A stretch of 64,000 nucleotides of DNA from Betaproteobacteria bacterium (GCA_031411215.1 JANOAM010000067.1:708-64707); one strand, 5' to 3'; counted from the stretch's first letter, positions 46,631 to 55,795 are shown. Notes: generated by a model not told the origin, from the letters alone. Program-made: numbers and translations.

Positions 46631-48589
46631 TCAGTGGAACAGGCGGTCGTGACTCAGGCCCACCAGCAGAGCGGAGCCGTCCGCGGTGAGGTGTGACTCG
46701 TCCAGCGCCAGCGGCATCAACAGGCCGCCGCGGCGCTCCATCGTCCGGCAGCCCTGTGCATTGCACAAGGCGTCGTAGGGAGAGATGAACACGGCGCCAG
46801 AACCGACGAGTGCTCGGCGCAGCTGCGTGTCGGCGACCAGGGCCTGGCGGTCCAGCGGCCCCAGCAAACGATCCGGCACCGCGCCGGAATCGCGCCACTG
46901 CGCCAGCAGCAGGCGCGGCAGCGGCGTGGTCCAGGTCGGCAGGTGGCCCATCACCACCACGCGCTGCACGCCCAGCGCCTGCAGGGCCAGCACGGTTGCG
47001 CGCACTTGTGACGTTAGCGACGCACTGTCCTTGCCCCAGCCATAGAAGGACCAGTGGCCGCCCAACACAACCGTGTGCGGCATTTTCTGCGGTGTCTGGC
47101 GGCGCAGCCATTCCCAGACGAAGGCTTGTGTCTGTGCGCAGCCCCGGCTGGCCCCGGCCGGCGTTTGCAGCAGGGGCGGGCAACGTGCTTTGGTGAACTG
47201 CGCCAGCCCTGCAGCCGAAGCCTGCAGTCCAACGTACAGCGACGCGGCATGGGAGTCACCCCACAGCAGCATGGCGGTGGCCGACAGCGACGACGACGGT
47301 GCAGCGGCGCAGCTGCCGTGAAAGGCATCCGGACCTTGCTCCAGGTCCAGGAAGCAGCGCCCGGCGCGGTAGGTGCTGAAGTCGGTGCCGAAGTCCGCGC
47401 GCGCGATGGGTTGAAGCGCATCCGGCACACGGGCCAGCCAACCGTCGGATGCGCGCAGCGCCCAGCCGCCGAGACCCGTCAGCACCATGGCCGCGCACAA
47501 GGCGGGTACCGCGACTCGGCCCAAGGCTCCTGCGCGCAGCGGTCGCTCCACGAAGTCCACTGTCAGCGCCGCCAGCCCCACGCTGGCAGCCAGCATCAGC
47601 ACTCGTGTCGGGTTGTCCAGTTCGACGCCGGCCAGCTGCGGGAAGACCAGCAGCGGCCAGTGCCACAGGTACAGCGGGTAGCTGATGCCGCCGTAGAACA
47701 CCAGCACCGGCTGGTTCAGCAGACGACGCGCCAACCAGGTGTGCGGCCCCGCGGCCAACAGGGCCAACGTGCCCAGTGTGGGCAACAGCGCCCACCAACC
47801 GGGGAAGGCCCGTGTCTTGTCCAGCCACAGAAACGCCGCGGCCAGCAACAGCAGGCCCAGTCCCGCGGTGCACTCGTGCCAGACCCGCGGCGCACGCGAC
47901 CAGGCTGCCGCCCAGACCGGCGCGGCTTGCGCGGTCGTGAGCCAGGCCCACGCCGCGCCCAGCAGCAGTTCCCAGGCGCGTGTGGGCAGCAGGAAGAAGG
48001 TGCCCTTGGCCTTGTCCACCACCCACCAGGCGTTCAGCGCGAAGGAACCCAGCAGCAGGGTCAGCAGCAGCCAGCCGCCGTGGCGCCGCCAGCGCAACAC
48101 CAGCAGCGCGGCCAGCGGCCACAGGATGTAGAACTGCTCCTCGATGCCCAGCGACCACAGATGCAGCAGCGGCTTGCTGTCGGAGCTGGCGTCGAAGTAG
48201 CCGGCCTCGGACCAGAGCGCGATGTTGGACGCAAACAGCGAACCCGCGGCCACATGTTGACCAACCTGCCGCGCCTGGCTGGGAAATGTCAGCAGCACCG
48301 CAGCCAGCAGGCTGGCCACCAGCACGATCAGCAGCGCAGGGAACAGGCGGCGCACACGGCGCGCGTAGAAGCCATGCAGGGTGAAGCGCTGCGCCTGCGC
48401 GTCGCTGAAGATGATGGCGGAGATCAGGTAGCCGGACAGCACGAAGAACATGTCCACGCCGATGAAGCCGCCACGCAGCGCGTCAGGCCAGGCGTGCACG
48501 GCGGTGACGGCCAGCACAGCCACACCACGCAGGCCCTGGATGTCGCTGCGGTGGGCCAGCGGTGCGCTGGCGTGGGTGGGCTCGCTCAC
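46631..48589 (-). CDS. Acyltransferase-3 + SGNH fusion (OafA/OatA-like O-acetyltransferase)
   Basis: RSDIQGLRGVAV, GGFIGVDMFFVLSGYLI, RRVRRLFP, HLWSLGIEEQFY, SYPLYLWHWP, LWGDSHA, DESHLT. Start uncertain (GTG 48589 or TTG 48601). Confidence 0.9.
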   Translation of the reverse strand: MSEPTHASAPLAHRSDIQGLRGVAVLAVTAVHAWPDALRGGFIGVDMFFVLSGYLISAIIFSDAQAQRFTLHGFYARRVRRLFPALLIVLVASLLAAVLLTFPSQARQVGQHVAAGSLFASNIALWSEAGYFDASSDSKPLLHLWSLGIEEQFYILWPLAALLVLRWRRHGGWLLLTLLLGSFALNAWWVVDKAKGTFFLLPTRAWELLLGAAWAWLTTAQAAPVWAAAWSRAPRVWHECTAGLGLLLLAAAFLWLDKTRAFPGWWALLPTLGTLALLAAGPHTWLARRLLNQPVLVFYGGISYPLYLWHWPLLVFPQLAGVELDNPTRVLMLAASVGLAALTVDFVERPLRAGALGRVAVPALCAAMVLTGLGGWALRASDGWLARVPDALQPIARADFGTDFSTYRAGRCFLDLEQGPDAFHGSCAAAPSSSLSATAMLLWGDSHAASLYVGLQASAAGLAQFTKARCPPLLQTPAGASRGCAQTQAFVWEWLRRQTPQKMPHTVVLGGHWSFYGWGKDSASLTSQVRATVLALQALGVQRVVVMGHLPTWTTPLPRLLLAQWRDSGAVPDRLLGPLDRQALVADTQLRRALVGSGAVFISPYDALCNAQGCRTMERRGGLLMPLALDESHLTADGSALLVGLSHDRLFH

Positions 48590-48735
48590 GGGCGCGCTCA
48601 ACGGCAGGTTCCGCTGGCGCAGCTGCTGTTCGGGATGGGCGCAGAGATCATTCCCCTGACGGTATCGACCTGCGGTGTCGTCGCCCTGGCCAGCCGGCGC
48701 TTGGCTCATGGCTCGGGCGGGCCTGCCCGTTCGGT

Positions 48736-49818
48736 CTATGCGGCGGGCACCCGCAGTCGCAAAGCGAAAGCCAAAGCGAAAGCCTGGGCTTGCAGCACGC
48801 TGGCATGCGGCAGATACCACGCACGCGCCGCAGCGGCCATGGTCTCCAGGCCGTTCGCGTCCAGGGCCGTGACTGCGGTGCCGGACAGCAGGTGCAGGTG
48901 CTGTCCAGGGCACAGGCCGTCGGCCGGCGCGCCCGGCTCGGTGGTGTTGAGCACCACGCAGCCATGCGCCGCATAGGCCGCGAAGACACTGGACTTGGCC
49001 AGGTGCTGCATCGGGTAGTCGATGAGCGCAAAGCGATGCTGCAGCAGTTCAGCGCTGAGAGCCGCTGGCGCCAGCAGCCCGAGCCAGCGCTGCGGCCAGG
49101 GCAGGCCGGCCGGCACCGTGGGTTGGCCGGGGCCGATTTCGCTGAGGCCCTTCACGCCCAGGTCTTGCAGCCGGGCCAGGTGGGGCAGCAGCCGCGCCGC
49201 AGCGCGCGCCCGCGTGGACTGGGCGCCGAAGAGGACCAGGCGCTCCGGCCGTGCGCGCGCGGCGGGCACGGTGTCGGGCTCGCCCACGTTGGAGAAGACC
49301 GGCTGCGCCGCCATCGGCAACGTGGCTGGTGCCTGCGCACGCAGCCAGGCGAGGTGGTGTTCGCTGTTGGTCACCACGGTGTCCGACAAACGGACCAGGC
49401 GCTGCGCGGTGCGCCGCTGCCAGGGCTGCAGCCAGAAGGCCGAACGCCACGGCGGCCCGCCAGCGAAGAGTTCGTGGAACATCGTCACCACCACCAGGCG
49501 CTGGCCCAGCGCCAAGCGCGTGGCGGCCAGTTCGTCGGCGAGCCAGCCGCACAGGCCGCGTCGGCCGTAGCCATAGCCCGAGAAGTGCAGCAACAACGCC
49601 AACGACGCACCTGGTTTGCCCTTTTCCAAGGCCAGGGCACGCAGCCGCTGCCGCAGAGGCTGCGCGCGCACCGCCGCTTCGTCCAGGGCCAGCAGGGACG
49701 ACGCCACGCCGTCCTGCGCCCACTGGCGTTGCAAGGCAACGGCGAAGTCCCGCACGCCGCCGCTGCCAGGCGGCAGCAGTTGCACCCGGTGGCACTGCGG
49801 GGCGGTTTCAGGACACAC
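48736..49818 (-). CDS. Divergent GT-B glycosyltransferase
   Basis: GGVRDFA, LLHFSGYGYGRRG, VTMFHELFA, PVFSNVGE, LAKSSVFAAYAAHG. Confidence 0.65.
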   Translation of the reverse strand: MCPETAPQCHRVQLLPPGSGGVRDFAVALQRQWAQDGVASSLLALDEAAVRAQPLRQRLRALALEKGKPGASLALLLHFSGYGYGRRGLCGWLADELAATRLALGQRLVVVTMFHELFAGGPPWRSAFWLQPWQRRTAQRLVRLSDTVVTNSEHHLAWLRAQAPATLPMAAQPVFSNVGEPDTVPAARARPERLVLFGAQSTRARAAARLLPHLARLQDLGVKGLSEIGPGQPTVPAGLPWPQRWLGLLAPAALSAELLQHRFALIDYPMQHLAKSSVFAAYAAHGCVVLNTTEPGAPADGLCPGQHLHLLSGTAVTALDANGLETMAAAARAWYLPHASVLQAQAFALAFALRLRVPAA

Positions 49819-49835
49819 GCTGCGCTTGCCTCAGC

Positions 49836-51329
49836 TCAGAACTGGAAGTACAGGAACGGCGACCCTTGCCCATGCAGCACCTGCTGCAAGGCCAGCGCGG
49901 CGCAAGGCACCAGCAGCCAGGTGCGTGCACGTGGGCTCAGTTCATGCAAGGCCGGCGCGCGGCAGATCATGAGCAGGCCCAGCGCCAACATCACGGCCAT
50001 CTCCACCGCACCCATCACCGTGCCGTCGGCCAGCAGCGGCACCTTGCCCACGCCTTGCGCCAGCGGTGCCAGCAGCGGCACGAAAGCGATGATCTGGTCC
50101 GGCAACTGGCTGCCCTGAAGGCCCGCCATGCCGCGCAGCAGCGAAAGCGCGCTGTGCAGGTCGGGTGCGCGGAAGAAGACCCAGGCCACCACCACGGCCG
50201 TGAAGGTCAGGGCCCAGGCCAGCGGGCGCGGCAGCCTGAATCCCGGGGCCACGTGGTCGACCGCGCTGCGCCACGCCGCGTGCACCACCAGGAAGGCGCC
50301 ATGCAGACCACCCCACACGATGAAGGTCCAGCCCGCACCATGCCAGGCACCGCCCAGCAGCATGGTCAGCCACAGGTTGAGCCAGCGCCGGGCTTGGCCA
50401 TGGCGGTTGCCGCCCAGCGGGATGTAGAGGTAGTCGCGCAGGAAACGCGACAAGGTCATGTGCCAGCGGCGCCAGAACTCCGCGACGTCCAGCGACTTGT
50501 AGGGCGAGTGGAAGTTCAACGGCAGTTGCACGCCGATCATCAGCGCCAGGCCGATGGCCATGTCGGAATAGCCCGAGAAGTCGAAGTACAGCTGCAGCGT
50601 GTACGACAGCGCGGCGCCCCAGCTTTCGAAAAAGCCCAGGGGTTGGCTGCCTGCTGCAGCAAATGCCGGGTTGGCAAAGGTGGCGAAGCGGTCGGCCAGC
50701 ACCACCTTCTTGAACAGGCCCAGCACGAAAATCGTGCTGCCGTTGGCCAGGCGCTGCGGGCTGAAGCGGAAGATGTCCGGGCGGGCGAACTGCGGCATCA
50801 TTTCCGCGTGGTGCAGCACCGGCCCGGCGATGAGGTGCGGGTAGTAGGTGACGAACAGACCGTAGCGCACCGGGTTGAAGTCGACGGCCTTGCGGCGGTA
50901 CACGTCCACCAGGAACGCGATCTGCGTGAAGGTGAAGAACGAGATGCCTAATGGCAATTCAGGCAATTCAGGCAATTCAGGCAAGTCGGCAGGCGCCGCA
51001 GCCGCGGCCGCACCGCGCAGCAACGCCCAGTTTTCCAGCAGGAAGCCGGTGTACTTGTAGTGCACCAGCAGCAGCAGGTTGACGGTGATGCCGGCCGCCA
51101 GCCAGGCCGGCCGAGCCTGTTGCGCCAGCGTGCGGCCCAGCAGGAAGTTGAAGGCGATGGAGCCCAGCAGCAGCGGCAGCCAGGCCGGGTTCCACCAGCC
51201 GTAGAAGACCAGCGAGGCCGCAGTCAACCAGGCCAGTGCCGCAGCAGGGCTCCAGCGCCCCAGCAGGAAGAAGCCCAGCAGGACCGCGGGCACAAAACCC
51301 AGGATGAATTCGAGCGAGTTGAACAGCAT
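49836..51329 (-). CDS. MBOAT-family O-acyltransferase (AlgI/PatA-like)
   Basis: MLFNSLEF, LPLGISFFTFTQIAFLVD, YPHLIAGP, QLYFDFSGYSDMA, FWRRWHMTLSRFLRDYLYIPLGG, GAWHGA, terminal FLYFQF. Confidence 0.95.
   Translation of the reverse strand: MLFNSLEFILGFVPAVLLGFFLLGRWSPAAALAWLTAASLVFYGWWNPAWLPLLLGSIAFNFLLGRTLAQQARPAWLAAGITVNLLLLVHYKYTGFLLENWALLRGAAAAAAPADLPELPELPELPLGISFFTFTQIAFLVDVYRRKAVDFNPVRYGLFVTYYPHLIAGPVLHHAEMMPQFARPDIFRFSPQRLANGSTIFVLGLFKKVVLADRFATFANPAFAAAGSQPLGFFESWGAALSYTLQLYFDFSGYSDMAIGLALMIGVQLPLNFHSPYKSLDVAEFWRRWHMTLSRFLRDYLYIPLGGNRHGQARRWLNLWLTMLLGGAWHGAGWTFIVWGGLHGAFLVVHAAWRSAVDHVAPGFRLPRPLAWALTFTAVVVAWVFFRAPDLHSALSLLRGMAGLQGSQLPDQIIAFVPLLAPLAQGVGKVPLLADGTVMGAVEMAVMLALGLLMICRAPALHELSPRARTWLLVPCAALALQQVLHGQGSPFLYFQF
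50953..50984. repeat. 9-bp tandem repeat (GGCAATTCA)x3.5, in frame in the MBOAT gene
   Basis: Read directly; encodes LPELPELPELP just before the LGISF motif. Confidence 0.9.
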
Positions 51330-51363
51330 GGGCAGCGCGCGGGCTTCAGCGCGTTCCGAAGTC

Positions 51364-52971
51364 CTAGCGCTGGGTGGTCGTGAAGCGCAGGCTGTTGGCG
51401 CTGGCCGGGTCGAAGGTGAAGATGCGGGCGCCTGCTGCCTGAAGCACACCGCCGATGGAGCGGCTCGCAAAGCCTGCACCGGGTGCCACCGGGCCGACGG
51501 TGACGTTGGCGAAGACGAAGTCGCTGCCAAATGCTGCGTTGCCTGGCAAGGCGCCGACGCGGATGGCCGCACGCGCAGCGGCGTCATAGGTCACCAGCGT
51601 GGCGTCACCGAAATAGCGGGCGCCGTAACCTTCCACGAACAGGAAGCGGGTGCGGCTTTCGCTGTTGTTGAAACTGACCCGCGTGGCTTCGGCCAGGCCG
51701 ATCTGGAAGGCGCCAGCGCCCGCGGTGTACAGCGTGGTACCCGCTTCGTCTTCCAGTAGGATCGCGTAGGCCGGCGTGCTGGTGTTCAGGTTGGTCACGC
51801 GCCAACGCAGGTGCGCACCTGACGCGCTGGTGAGCATGCTGAAGAAGCTGGACGCCACAGGCCCGCTGTCCAACACGCTGACCTGCCCGGGCACGGCCTT
51901 CAGGAAACGGCGCAGTTCAACCGATGTGCTGGTGATGAGCGTGGCGTACACCACGTCGGTGCCGGCCGTGCCCAACGCCAGCAGGCCGTTGCCACTGCCC
52001 AACTGCGTGGCCGCACCACTGCTGCGACTGATGCGCACCAGCTGCCAGGTGCCGGTGTCGGCGCTGCCGCTGTTGCGCGAGACGAAGAACCACTGGGCGT
52101 CGAAGCCGGCCGCCTGCCAGCCGGTGCTGGCGCTCAGGCCCGTGACGGCCATGTCGGCGGCCGCGCCGGCCGCGTCGAACTGCAGCAGGCTCAGGCCACC
52201 GGCCGATTCCACCAGCGCGGTGCGCGGCGCCGACAGCAGGACGCGGTTGACCGGGTTGCCGCTGCTGCGGAAGGCGGTGCTGCCGCCGGCCCACAGCTGG
52301 GTCAGCGTGGGCAACAGCCAACCGCGAGGTGCCAGAGTGGCGGGGTCGCGCAAGGTGGCCAGCGGCGCATCGGTGGACAGCGGAGTGATGACCAGGCCCA
52401 GCGTGGCGTCCAGCCGCAATTCAGCGCGGCCATCGTCCGTGGTGTTGCAGACGCCGTCGGCGCCGGCTGTGGAGACGATGAAGCGCGAGCGTTCGGGCGC
52501 CGCGTGGTCCACCGCGTCGACCAGAAAGCTGCAGGCCGAGGTGGTGCCGGCGCGACGCACGGCTGCTGCCGGGCTGGTGCCATCGGCGGTCAGGGGCACG
52601 CGGCGCACATCGCCGCCCACGATGTAGACCAGCGCGTAGGGCTGCAGCGTGCCGGTCTGCTGTGCGGTGGCGTCCACGCTGGCAGAGGCCACCAGCTTCA
52701 CGTCGCTGACCGCAGCGTTGGCGGGTTCGATCAGCAGCTCGGTGTCGGCAGCCGCCGGGTGCACCAGCGACAGCGCATAACGCGGATTGGAAGTGGCCCC
52801 TTCGGCGCGCAACACCCACGCGTAGGTGCCGCTGCTGGGGTAGCTGGTGTCTGCTGTCGTGGGGGAGTCGCCACCGCTGCCGCAGGCAGCCAGCAAGCAG
52901 CTCACCAGTGCGGCGAAAAGGACAGCTTGGGCCGGCAGGCGCGCCGGTTGGGGCAGGACGGTTGGGGTCAT
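51364..52971 (-). CDS. Hypothetical beta-rich lipoprotein
   Basis: Lipobox LAAC followed by a GSGGDSP linker, beta-strand-rich body, STAGADGVCNTTDD Cys loop. Confidence 0.7.
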   Translation of the reverse strand: MTPTVLPQPARLPAQAVLFAALVSCLLAACGSGGDSPTTADTSYPSSGTYAWVLRAEGATSNPRYALSLVHPAAADTELLIEPANAAVSDVKLVASASVDATAQQTGTLQPYALVYIVGGDVRRVPLTADGTSPAAAVRRAGTTSACSFLVDAVDHAAPERSRFIVSTAGADGVCNTTDDGRAELRLDATLGLVITPLSTDAPLATLRDPATLAPRGWLLPTLTQLWAGGSTAFRSSGNPVNRVLLSAPRTALVESAGGLSLLQFDAAGAAADMAVTGLSASTGWQAAGFDAQWFFVSRNSGSADTGTWQLVRISRSSGAATQLGSGNGLLALGTAGTDVVYATLITSTSVELRRFLKAVPGQVSVLDSGPVASSFFSMLTSASGAHLRWRVTNLNTSTPAYAILLEDEAGTTLYTAGAGAFQIGLAEATRVSFNNSESRTRFLFVEGYGARYFGDATLVTYDAAARAAIRVGALPGNAAFGSDFVFANVTVGPVAPGAGFASRSIGGVLQAAGARIFTFDPASANSLRFTTTQR

Positions 52972-53022
52972 GGGTCGAACAGAGGTTGCTGCCAGGACGC
53001 AGGGTGCGAACCAAGCAGGTCA

Positions 53023-53045
53023 AGGCTAGAGCGCCTGTGTGACAG
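53023..53045 (-). promoter_or_regulatory. pho-box-like half-site + -10 for the lipoprotein-MBOAT-GT unit
   Basis: Minus strand CTGTCAC-acaggcgctc-TAGCCT. Confidence 0.55.
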
Positions 53046-53135
53046 CGCGCCGGTCGTGCCGGCAGCAAATCCGCCAGCGCGTGCCGGTCAGGCCGGCCGC
53101 AAATCTGACGGCGCGCCGGTCAGGCCGGCCACAAA
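53045..53135. repeat. Three imperfect direct repeats (21-bp core, period 32-34 bp)
   Basis: GCCGGTCGTGCCGGCAGCAAA (53049), GCCGGTCAGGCCGGCCGCAAA (53083), GCCGGTCAGGCCGGCCACAAA (53115). Confidence 0.8.
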
Positions 53136-53623
53136 GCGGATGCCGCCATCTTGTGGCCTTGCGCGTTGTGGCGCTGCTGGCCCAGCCGTGTACCGGCCAC
53201 GCCCAGGGTAGCCATCACGAGCAGCCACAGCGGCGCTGGCAAGGGCACCTGCGTGGGTGCGCTGACCTGTTGCGACAGCGACAGGTGGGATTCCAGCTGG
53301 ACGAAGGCGTCGCCACGCTGCTGTGCCTGGACGGCGGTGACGAAGTTCCACAGGCTGGGTGCCGCCGCCGCTGGCAAGGCCAGGGACCGGGTGGCTAGCG
53401 CGAACTTGCGGGCTTCAAGACTGTCGGCGCTGTCCTGCGCAGGCATTGCCGCCAGTTCAGTCAGGGCGAAGAACCTGGGCGAGTCACCGGCCGAAGCCTC
53501 GGTGCTCATGTTGCTCATGTCCTGGGCCGTTGGCGTGGTCACGGACATCAGGTCGGCGTGCGCGGCGCTGGCAGTGGTGCCCAGTGCCAGTGCACAAAGC
53601 AGTGTGCGGATCTGGTGGTTCAT
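53120..53623 (-). CDS. Small VPLPA-CTERM protein with atypical tail
   Basis: AGGAG RBS, signal peptide ...TTASAAHA, then VPLPAPLWLLVMATLGVAGTRLGQQRH. Confidence 0.8.
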   Translation of the reverse strand: MNHQIRTLLCALALGTTASAAHADLMSVTTPTAQDMSNMSTEASAGDSPRFFALTELAAMPAQDSADSLEARKFALATRSLALPAAAAPSLWNFVTAVQAQQRGDAFVQLESHLSLSQQVSAPTQVPLPAPLWLLVMATLGVAGTRLGQQRHNAQGHKMAASALWPA

Positions 53624-53669
53624 GGCTCAACTCCTGGTGTGTTTCTGGTGGGTTCGCGGTGCGGGCGGC

Positions 53670-53912
53670 TCAGCTGGCTGGTTGCGGCACTCGCCCCCCG
53701 ACTTGGCCCAGGTGGACCTCGGCCGCGTAGCTGGTCAGCGTCTGCAGGGGGCTGCGCCGGGCGGCACCCGCGTTGGTGACGCGGTGCAGCAGCGCTTCTT
53801 CGAGCAACGCAATCGTTTCCTGGTTGACCGATCGGTGATTCAGCTCCGCTTCGCGGCCGATAAGTTCCTTGATGACGTGGGGCACGCGCTTGATGAACAG
53901 GTCGTCGGTCAC
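53670..53912 (-). CDS. Arc/ribbon-helix-helix family DNA-binding protein
   Basis: GTG 53912 with AAAGGA RBS. DLFIKRVPHVIKELIGREAELNHRSVNQETIALLEEAL matches the Arc/FitA pattern (A..N.RS.N.E). Confidence 0.75.
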   Translation of the reverse strand: MTDDLFIKRVPHVIKELIGREAELNHRSVNQETIALLEEALLHRVTNAGAARRSPLQTLTSYAAEVHLGQVGGRVPQPAS

Positions 53913-54171
53913 TGCGGATCCTTTCGGGGATGGAATGAGCGCCATTGCAGCACCGGACCATGAATCGTTGTGGTGGCATCGTGTAGCTATTCCGGCTCAG
54001 CGTCACCACCAAAACGGCACTGCCTGAACGGTGCCGGCTGGCCGGCAACGGAGCGCCGGGCCGACGCGGGCGCGGCAAAGCCCGGCCCGTGGTCGGCGGC
54101 CCGGCTGTTCTGCAGATGGAAGGGGGTTGGAACGGGTGGCGGGATGCGCAGGATGCGCGGAGCGGCGCTGC

Positions 54172-54203
54172 CGCTCAGTCGCTCAGTCGCTCAGCCGCTC
54201 AGC
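54172..54203. repeat. 8-bp tandem repeat (CGCTCAGY)x4, intergenic
   Basis: cgctcagt cgctcagt cgctcagc cgctcagc, read directly. Confidence 0.8.
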
Positions 54204-54269
54204 CCAGGGGCTTGTATCGCCCCTGGGCCTTCGGCTGGCACAGAGTCCTTCCGGACTCTGTGTCCCGCC

Positions 54270-55703
54270 TCAGTGCGCGCTGCGGTCGAAGAGGACCAGG
54301 CGCGCGGTGCGCAGGATGATTTCCAGGTCCAGCGACAGGGACCAGTTGCGCAGGTAGTCCAGGTCGAATTCGATCCGGGCCTGCATCTTGTCCAGGGTCT
54401 CGGTCTCGCCGCGGCAGCCGTTGACCTGGGCCCAACCGGTGATGCCGGGCCGGACCTTGTGACGGACCATGTAGGCGCGCACCACGGTCTGGTACGCGTT
54501 GTTGTGTGCCACGGCATGCGGCCGCGGACCCACCACGCTCATGCGGCCCTGCAGCACATTGATGAACTGCGGCAACTCGTCCAGGGAGGTCTTGCGGATA
54601 AAGCGGCCGAAGGGCGTGATGCGATCGTCGTCACGTGTGGCTTGACGCACCACCGGGCCATTGTCCAGCGCCCGCATGGAGCGGAACTTGTAGACGATGA
54701 TCTCGGCCCCACCCAAGCCGTTGCGGCGTTGGCGAAAGATGACGGGGCCGGGTGAACTGAGCCGCACGCCCACCGCCACGGCCACCATCAGCGGGCACAG
54801 CAGCACGAGGAAGCTGCTGGCCAGCACGATGTCCGACAGGCGCTTGAGCGCCGCATTGACACCCGTGAAGGGCGATTCGCAGAGCCCCACCATCGGCACG
54901 CCGCCCACGTCGCGCAGCCGTCCCTGGATGACGCTGATGCCCACCACATCGGGCACGAAGTGGATGGACGCGGTGGTCTGCTGCAAAGACTCCAGCACCT
55001 GCGCCACGCGCGGCTGCGAGCCCGAAGGCAGCGTGATGTAGACCTCATCCACGGAACGCTGGTTGACGAAGTCGGCCACGCCCGACAGGTTGCCAAGGCG
55101 GTGTTCGCCAGCTTCGTTGTGCAGCCGGTCGGCGCCGCGGTCGTCGAAGTAGCCGAGGATCTCGGTCTGGCCGTCACTGCGGCGCAACAGCGCTTGACCG
55201 GCACGCACGCCCAGCGCGTTGCCACCGACGATGACCACGCTGCAAGGGCGCGCACGCGCGCGCTCCTGCGCGATCACCCAGCGCCGACCGACCACCAGCA
55301 AACACCACTGGAGCAAAGGAGTGGCCAGCAGGCAGGTCAGGGTCATGGCCCGCGGGAACAGGTCCAGGTTGCTGGTGGCGAAGGCAAACATCACCATCAG
55401 GCCAACCAACCAGAACCAGCCGCCAGCGATCTTGGCCGCCGCTTTGGACGGGCGGTCTGTGAAAGAGGCGCTGCCGGGGAAGGTGGTGGTCACGGCCAAC
55501 AGCATCACCACCATCGAGGGTTGGCTGAAGGGCTGTTGCCAGAGTTCGTGCACGCCCACCCATGTGGCAACCCACAGGACAGGTTCGAGCAGGGCCGCCA
55601 CCAGTGCTTGCAAGGACTGCGGCGCGGCACCGAAGGCGCGTGCCGGCTCCGGTGCACCGGAAGTGGGTGCACCCAACGGGCTGGCGAGGTGCTGAAGGGT
55701 CAT
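54270..55703 (-). CDS. wcaJ: Undecaprenyl-phosphate glucose phosphotransferase (WcaJ/GumD-like priming enzyme)
   Basis: Four N-terminal TMs, GYFDDR, KRLSDIV, YKFRSM, IRKTSLDELPQFINVLQGRMSVVGPRPHA, VRPGITGWAQVNG.RGET, DLDYLRNWS. Confidence 0.92.
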   Translation of the reverse strand: MTLQHLASPLGAPTSGAPEPARAFGAAPQSLQALVAALLEPVLWVATWVGVHELWQQPFSQPSMVVMLLAVTTTFPGSASFTDRPSKAAAKIAGGWFWLVGLMVMFAFATSNLDLFPRAMTLTCLLATPLLQWCLLVVGRRWVIAQERARARPCSVVIVGGNALGVRAGQALLRRSDGQTEILGYFDDRGADRLHNEAGEHRLGNLSGVADFVNQRSVDEVYITLPSGSQPRVAQVLESLQQTTASIHFVPDVVGISVIQGRLRDVGGVPMVGLCESPFTGVNAALKRLSDIVLASSFLVLLCPLMVAVAVGVRLSSPGPVIFRQRRNGLGGAEIIVYKFRSMRALDNGPVVRQATRDDDRITPFGRFIRKTSLDELPQFINVLQGRMSVVGPRPHAVAHNNAYQTVVRAYMVRHKVRPGITGWAQVNGCRGETETLDKMQARIEFDLDYLRNWSLSLDLEIILRTARLVLFDRSAH

Positions 55704-55732
55704 GGACGCGGTGCAACGGGAGTCAACCTTGA

Positions 55733-55766
55733 AGCGTGTAGTCGCAGGATGACCGTGTCATGAAGG
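55733..55766 (-). promoter_or_regulatory. pho-box-like promoter of wcaJ
   Basis: Minus strand CCTTCAT-gaca-CGGTCAT-cctgcgacta-CACGCT. Confidence 0.55.
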
Positions 55767-55795
55767 CCGCCCACGAATTGCGCAACGGACTGGGG

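Noticed and set aside
48600-48735. Fluoride riboswitch-like GGGAATGATCTC on the minus strand
   Set aside because: The 3' pseudoknot partner (GCTGATGAC-like) is absent and the downstream gene is unrelated.
47054-50951. Plus-strand ORFs of 518-640 aa
   Set aside because: Antisense to clear acyltransferase, GT and MBOAT genes.
53045-53135. Mini CRISPR array
   Set aside because: Only three degenerate units, 11-13-nt similar spacers, overlap with a CDS end, and no cas genes.
53944-53966. Additional pho-box-like site before the RHH gene (GATTCAT-N10-TGCAAT)
   Set aside because: Both elements are too degenerate to count; possible but unsupported.
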